Shown here: piece by piece, positions 60,046 through 64,000 of the stretch | Position numbering within the stretch: position 1 is the first letter of the stretch | Layout: each line of letters opens with the position of its first letter | Assembly (NCBI GenBank): GCA_040003315.1 | Contig: JBDUCU010000002.1 | Coordinates: 5,832 to 69,831 of the forward strand | DNA: 64,000 nucleotides | Reading direction: 5' to 3' | Source: Burkholderiaceae bacterium | GTDB lineage: Bacteria > Pseudomonadota > Gammaproteobacteria > Burkholderiales > Burkholderiaceae_F | Program-made: the position numbers and the translations under genes | The notes under the pieces: model-generated | Told to the model about the DNA's origin: nothing | Databases searched by the model: none | Seen by the model: the letters and a program-made list of their open reading frames with translations, nothing else

Positions 60046-60855
60046 ATGAAGCTGCGCGTAGCGACCTACAACATTCACAAAGGCGTGATGGGACTGCAGC
60101 AAAAGGTCCGGATTCACGACGTCAGGCTTGCGTTGCATTCGATCAATGCCGACATCGTTTTTCTGCAGGAAGTCCAGGACAAAAACGAGCGGATGGCCAA
60201 TCGCAATGGCTATCCGCAAGGAACGCAGCTTGATTTTTTGTGCACTGGCAATTACCTGCATCGCGCGTACGGCATAAATGCGATTTATCCGCACGGCCAC
60301 CACGGCAATGCGATCGTGTCGCGACACGCAATCGGCCGCCACCTGAACCACGATATTTCTGACCATGCACTCGAGAAACGCGGGTTGCTGCACGCGATCT
60401 CGCAAGTAAAAATGCCGAAGGGCGCCATCGACGTGCATTTGATCAATACGCATTTCGGTTTGATCAAGCGCAGTCGCGTGCGGCAGGCGGAGTTCCTGAT
60501 CGACTTCGTCAAATCGGAAATTCCGAGCAAGGCGCCGTTGATCATCGCCGGCGACTTCAACGACTGGCAGCACGGCGTCGACGACATCCTGCACCGGGAG
60601 CTCGATGTGTTCGAGGCGGCGTCGGAGTTCAACCGTCGCCAGTCGACGCCGCGGTTGCGCGACCGCCTGGTGCCGTGGCGCGAATTGCCGCGCTCGCACG
60701 TGGCGCGCACCTATCCGAGCGTGATGCCGTGGTTGCAGCTCGATCGCATTTACTTGCGCGGCTTCAAAGTCAACGACGTTCATGTCCCGAAAGGCGTCGA
60801 GTGGCGGCGCCGCTCCGACCACATGCCGCTGATCGCGGACGTCGAAGTGGCATGA
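60046..60855 (+). CDS. Endonuclease/exonuclease/phosphatase family protein (YbhP-like)
   Basis: ATG 60046 (MKLRVATYNIHKG), FLQEV, INTHFG, GDFNDW and SDHMPL motif series. Confidence 0.85.
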   Translation: MKLRVATYNIHKGVMGLQQKVRIHDVRLALHSINADIVFLQEVQDKNERMANRNGYPQGTQLDFLCTGNYLHRAYGINAIYPHGHHGNAIVSRHAIGRHLNHDISDHALEKRGLLHAISQVKMPKGAIDVHLINTHFGLIKRSRVRQAEFLIDFVKSEIPSKAPLIIAGDFNDWQHGVDDILHRELDVFEAASEFNRRQSTPRLRDRLVPWRELPRSHVARTYPSVMPWLQLDRIYLRGFKVNDVHVPKGVEWRRRSDHMPLIADVEVA

Positions 60856-60856
60856 G

Positions 60857-62122
60857 ATGAGCAGTGAAGCGTTGCGCGAGCCGCGACACGCTGCGCGGCC
60901 CGCGCTGCGAAGACTGCAACGCTCACTAACCCGGTCGTTAGGCTCCAGGCCACGGGTCTTCGCCGGTAATCGGCTGGAGCTTCTGAAGAACGGCGAACAG
61001 TACTTCCCCAGGCTGCTGGCGGCCATCAATTCGGCGCAGCAGTCGATCTACCTCGAAACCTATATCTTCGAGCTCGATGCAATTGGCCGTGCGGTCAGCG
61101 ATGCGTTGGGCGCGGCGGCGCGCCGCGGGGTCGCGGTCCACGTGCTGATCGACGGTTTTGGCTCGGCAGCGACGGCCGATACGCTGATCGCGCAGCTCGA
61201 TCCGCAAGGCGCAAAAGTCATGGTGTTTCGCCGCGCGCGCTGGTGGCGGCTCGACCGCAAACTTCTGCGCCGGCTGCATCGCAAAGTTGCATTGATCGAC
61301 AACCGACTTGCATTCGTCGGCGGCATCAACATCATCGATGATTACCACCACCCCGATCCGGAACCGGTGCGCGCCACGCTCGGACCGCGATTCGATTTCG
61401 CCGTGCTCTGCGAAGGCCCGATGGTGGCGGCGATCGCGTTTACGGTGATGCGCCTGTGGTGGACCGTGTCGGCGCTGCAGTTAAGACGGCGTCCGTCGGT
61501 CCGGCCACGCGACCCCGCATTGCCGCGGTCAATCGCCGGTGGCGCACGGGCTACCTTGATGCTGCGCGACAACTTGCGCAATCGCCGCACGATCGAGCAC
61601 GCATACCTGGATGCCTTCGAGCATGCACGGCACGACGTGCTGATCGCAAACGCCTACTTTCTCCCTGGTAAGAAATTCCGCGATGCGTTGTGCGCGTTGG
61701 CCGAACGTGGGGTGCGCGTGCGTCTACTGCTGCAAGGACGGGTCGAGTATCGGCTGCAGCATTACGCGCAGCAAGCGCTCTATGGCGATCTCGTCCAATG
61801 CGGGGTGCAGATCTTCGAGTACACCCCGAGCTATCTGCACGCCAAGGTGGCGGTGGTCGACGAAAGCTGGGCAACGGTGGGTTCGAGCAACATCGATCCG
61901 TACAGCCTGTTGCTGGCGCGCGAAGCCAACGTCGTCGTGTACGACGCAGCCTTTGCGCGCCGGCTGCGTGACGAGCTGGAGTTGGCGATCGCCAATGAGT
62001 CGAGCGTGATCGATGCCGACGCGTGCGCACGACGCACCTGGCTGCGCCGTACGATGAGTTGGGTTGCGTATCAGGCGGTGCGGGTGCTAACGGCGATTGC
62101 GACCCGACGCGCCGACGCGTAG
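60857..62122 (+). CDS. clsB: Cardiolipin synthase B-type phospholipase D family enzyme
   Basis: Two HKD motifs (LHRKVALIDNRLAFVGGINI and LHAKVAVVDESWATVGSSNIDP) with no N-terminal TM helices. The start lies 1 nt after the EEP stop, and EEP-clsB adjacency is as in E. coli ybhP-clsB. Confidence 0.83.
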   Translation: MSSEALREPRHAARPALRRLQRSLTRSLGSRPRVFAGNRLELLKNGEQYFPRLLAAINSAQQSIYLETYIFELDAIGRAVSDALGAAARRGVAVHVLIDGFGSAATADTLIAQLDPQGAKVMVFRRARWWRLDRKLLRRLHRKVALIDNRLAFVGGINIIDDYHHPDPEPVRATLGPRFDFAVLCEGPMVAAIAFTVMRLWWTVSALQLRRRPSVRPRDPALPRSIAGGARATLMLRDNLRNRRTIEHAYLDAFEHARHDVLIANAYFLPGKKFRDALCALAERGVRVRLLLQGRVEYRLQHYAQQALYGDLVQCGVQIFEYTPSYLHAKVAVVDESWATVGSSNIDPYSLLLAREANVVVYDAAFARRLRDELELAIANESSVIDADACARRTWLRRTMSWVAYQAVRVLTAIATRRADA

Positions 62123-62125
62123 TCG

Positions 62126-63166
62126 ATGTTAGACGCTGCGCTGATCGTCGCACGGCCGCAAGGGTTGTATTGCCCAGCCGGTGATTTTTTCATCGACCCG
62201 TGGCGGCCGGTCGATCGTGCTGTGATCACCCACGCCCACGGCGACCACGCGCGTGCTGGACACGCACGCTACCTTGCGGCAAGCGCGGCGGAGCACGTGC
62301 TGCGCACGCGCCTGGGTGAGATTTCGCTGCAGACGCTGGACTATGCGCAGGCGATCGACATCAATGGAGTACGCGTGTCGCTGCATCCTGCCGGGCATGT
62401 GCTGGGCTCATCGCAGGTCAGAGTTGAAAAGGGCGGCCGCGTATGGGTTGCGTCGGGCGACTACAAGCTCAATCCCGATCCGACCTGCGTGCCGTTCGAG
62501 CCGGTCCGTTGCGACACGTTCATTACAGAATCTACCTTCGGACTGCCGATCTACCGCTGGGACGATCCGCAGCGCGTGCTTGCCGATATCAACGCCTGGT
62601 GGAGTGCCAACGCAGAAAGCGGGCGCGCGTCGGTGCTGTTTTGCTACGCGTTCGGAAAGGCACAACGCATCTTGTCGGGTCTCGACCCGACCATCGGCCG
62701 CATCGTTGTGCACGGCGCCGTCGAGCCGTTGAACCGCGCGTATCGCGCCAGCGCAATCAAACTTCCGCCAACGCAGCTGGTCTCCGAAACGGATAAAGCC
62801 GAACTCTCACGCGCGCTGATACTTGCGCCGCCGTCGGCGCAGGGCTCACCGTGGCTGCGCCGCTTCGGCGACTATTCGGACGCGTTTGCTTCGGGCTGGA
62901 TGCGGTTGCGCGGTACGCGTCGCCGGCGCGCGCTCGATCGCGGGTTCGCGCTGTCGGACCACGCCGACTGGCCCGGATTGATGAGTGCAATCGGCGCCAC
63001 CGGCGCCACCCAGGTGATCGTGACTCACGGTCAGATTCCGGTCATGGTGCGCTGGCTGACCGAACAGGGGCTCGACGCATCAGCGTTCGACACCGAGTAC
63101 GGCGACGAGGAGCGCGACGAACTCGAACCCGATCGATCGACGGTGGCCGCTGGCGTAGTGGAATGA
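62126..63166 (+). CDS. Ligase-associated DNA damage response exonuclease (metallo-beta-lactamase/beta-CASP fold)
   Basis: HAHGDHA metal motif near the N-terminus, LSDHADW near the C-terminus, and ATGA coupling to an ATP-dependent ligase. Confidence 0.8.
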   Translation: MLDAALIVARPQGLYCPAGDFFIDPWRPVDRAVITHAHGDHARAGHARYLAASAAEHVLRTRLGEISLQTLDYAQAIDINGVRVSLHPAGHVLGSSQVRVEKGGRVWVASGDYKLNPDPTCVPFEPVRCDTFITESTFGLPIYRWDDPQRVLADINAWWSANAESGRASVLFCYAFGKAQRILSGLDPTIGRIVVHGAVEPLNRAYRASAIKLPPTQLVSETDKAELSRALILAPPSAQGSPWLRRFGDYSDAFASGWMRLRGTRRRRALDRGFALSDHADWPGLMSAIGATGATQVIVTHGQIPVMVRWLTEQGLDASAFDTEYGDEERDELEPDRSTVAAGVVE

Positions 63167-64000
63167 AGCGGTTCGCACGGCTCTTCAATGAGCTGGACAC
63201 ATCGACGTCGACCCGCTCGAAGGTTGACGCACTGAAGCGCTACTTTGCCGCAGCCGATGCGCACGACGCCGCGTGGGCCGTCTACTTTCTTGCCGGCGGC
63301 AAGCCGCGCCAGGCTGTCAATTCGCGCGTGCTGCGTGAATTTGCGATTGCAACCAGCGGCCTGCCCGAGTGGCTGTTCGAAGAAAGCTATCAGGCGGTCG
63401 GGGACATTGCCGAGACGATTGCGTTGTTGCTGCCGCCGCCCACTCGCAGCGGCGAGCAAACGCTCGCGTATTGGATCGAAGAACGCCTGTTGCCTCTGCG
63501 CGGCCGTGCACCTGCGGACGTGCTGGCCGCGCTCGCCGGGTATGTCGCCGAACTCGAAACGCCCGAGCGCTTCTTGTTGATCAAGCTGATCGGTGGTGGA
63601 TTTCGTGTGGGGGTTTCGCGGCTGCTCGTCACGCGCGCACTGGCCGAGCATTCGGGGCTGGATCCGAAGCTGATCGCGCAGCGGATGATCGGATACACCG
63701 ATATCTCTGTCGCGCCGACCGCTGCCCGTTATGCGTCATTGGTCGATGCGGGTAGTCACCTTGTCGGCGACGGCCACCCATACCCATTCTTTCTGGCCCA
63801 CTCGCTGACGTTGCCGCTCGAACAGTTTGCATCCGAGCTCGGCCCGCCTGCGGATTGGCTGATCGAATGGAAATACGACGGCATTCGTGCCCAGCTCGTC
63901 CGGCGTGCGGGCATGACATGGCTGTGGTCGCGCGGTGAAGAGTTGGTGACCGAACGGTTTCCCGAAATTGCGCAGCGTGCTCGGTCGTTGCCCGGCGGCA
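63163..64000 (+). CDS. ATP-dependent DNA ligase (ligase-associated damage-response type); 3' end outside the window
   Basis: Not in the supplied ORF track because there is no stop within the window. My translation from ATG 63163: MKRFARLFNELDTSTSTRSKVDALKRYF... The adenylation motif I EWKYDGIR has its Lys codon at 63871-63873. Confidence 0.85.
   Translation, partial: MKRFARLFNELDTSTSTRSKVDALKRYFAAADAHDAAWAVYFLAGGKPRQAVNSRVLREFAIATSGLPEWLFEESYQAVGDIAETIALLLPPPTRSGEQTLAYWIEERLLPLRGRAPADVLAALAGYVAELETPERFLLIKLIGGGFRVGVSRLLVTRALAEHSGLDPKLIAQRMIGYTDISVAPTAARYASLVDAGSHLVGDGHPYPFFLAHSLTLPLEQFASELGPPADWLIEWKYDGIRAQLVRRAGMTWLWSRGEELVTERFPEIAQRARSLPGG

Overview
High-GC chromosomal window from a proteobacterium. 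The synteny uvrA-MFS-ssb and fmdB-DUF502-aspS-nudB-...-clsB looks Burkholderiales-like, but that is inference only. No similarity search was run; every functional call comes from motifs I recognise in the supplied translations or in my own translations. Coding density is high, and most long antisense ORFs in the track are GC-driven shadows.

Main blocks:
(1) DNA repair and housekeeping: uvrA, ssb, aspS, nudB.
(2) A complete 2-aminoethylphosphonate (AEP) utilisation locus arranged as two divergent operons. The plus strand carries phnS-T-permease-phnW. The minus strand carries GntR regulator-phnA-phnY and continues without real gaps into a Na/Pi-PhoU transporter, a PhnZ-like HD-domain protein, a thioredoxin-fold lipoprotein and an inositol monophosphatase (IMPase)-family phosphatase.
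(3) Amine and amino-acid catabolism: alanine dehydrogenase, a DMGDH-like FAD/GcvT enzyme, and a puu-like SBP/ADH/amidotransferase/ALDH operon.
(4) An AT-richer islet at about 35.4-40.5 kb. It holds two unannotated small ORFs with SD sites and a strong terminator, an orphan lipoprotein, an 891-aa class III cyclase-NB-ARC(STAND)-TPR protein with intact catalytic motifs, and a decayed EEP-family gene with one nonsense codon and two frameshifts. I consider this the most likely site of an undescribed sensor/effector (conflict-type) system.
(5) A lipid and envelope neighbourhood: bdhA, patatin, PAP2, metallophosphoesterase, DAG-kinase-like protein, and SRPBCC-unknown lipoprotein-EEP-clsB.
(6) The start of a ligase-associated DNA-damage-response module, with the exonuclease and an ATP-dependent ligase that runs off the window and is absent from the ORF track.

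I found no rRNA, tRNA, CRISPR array, transposase or integrase.
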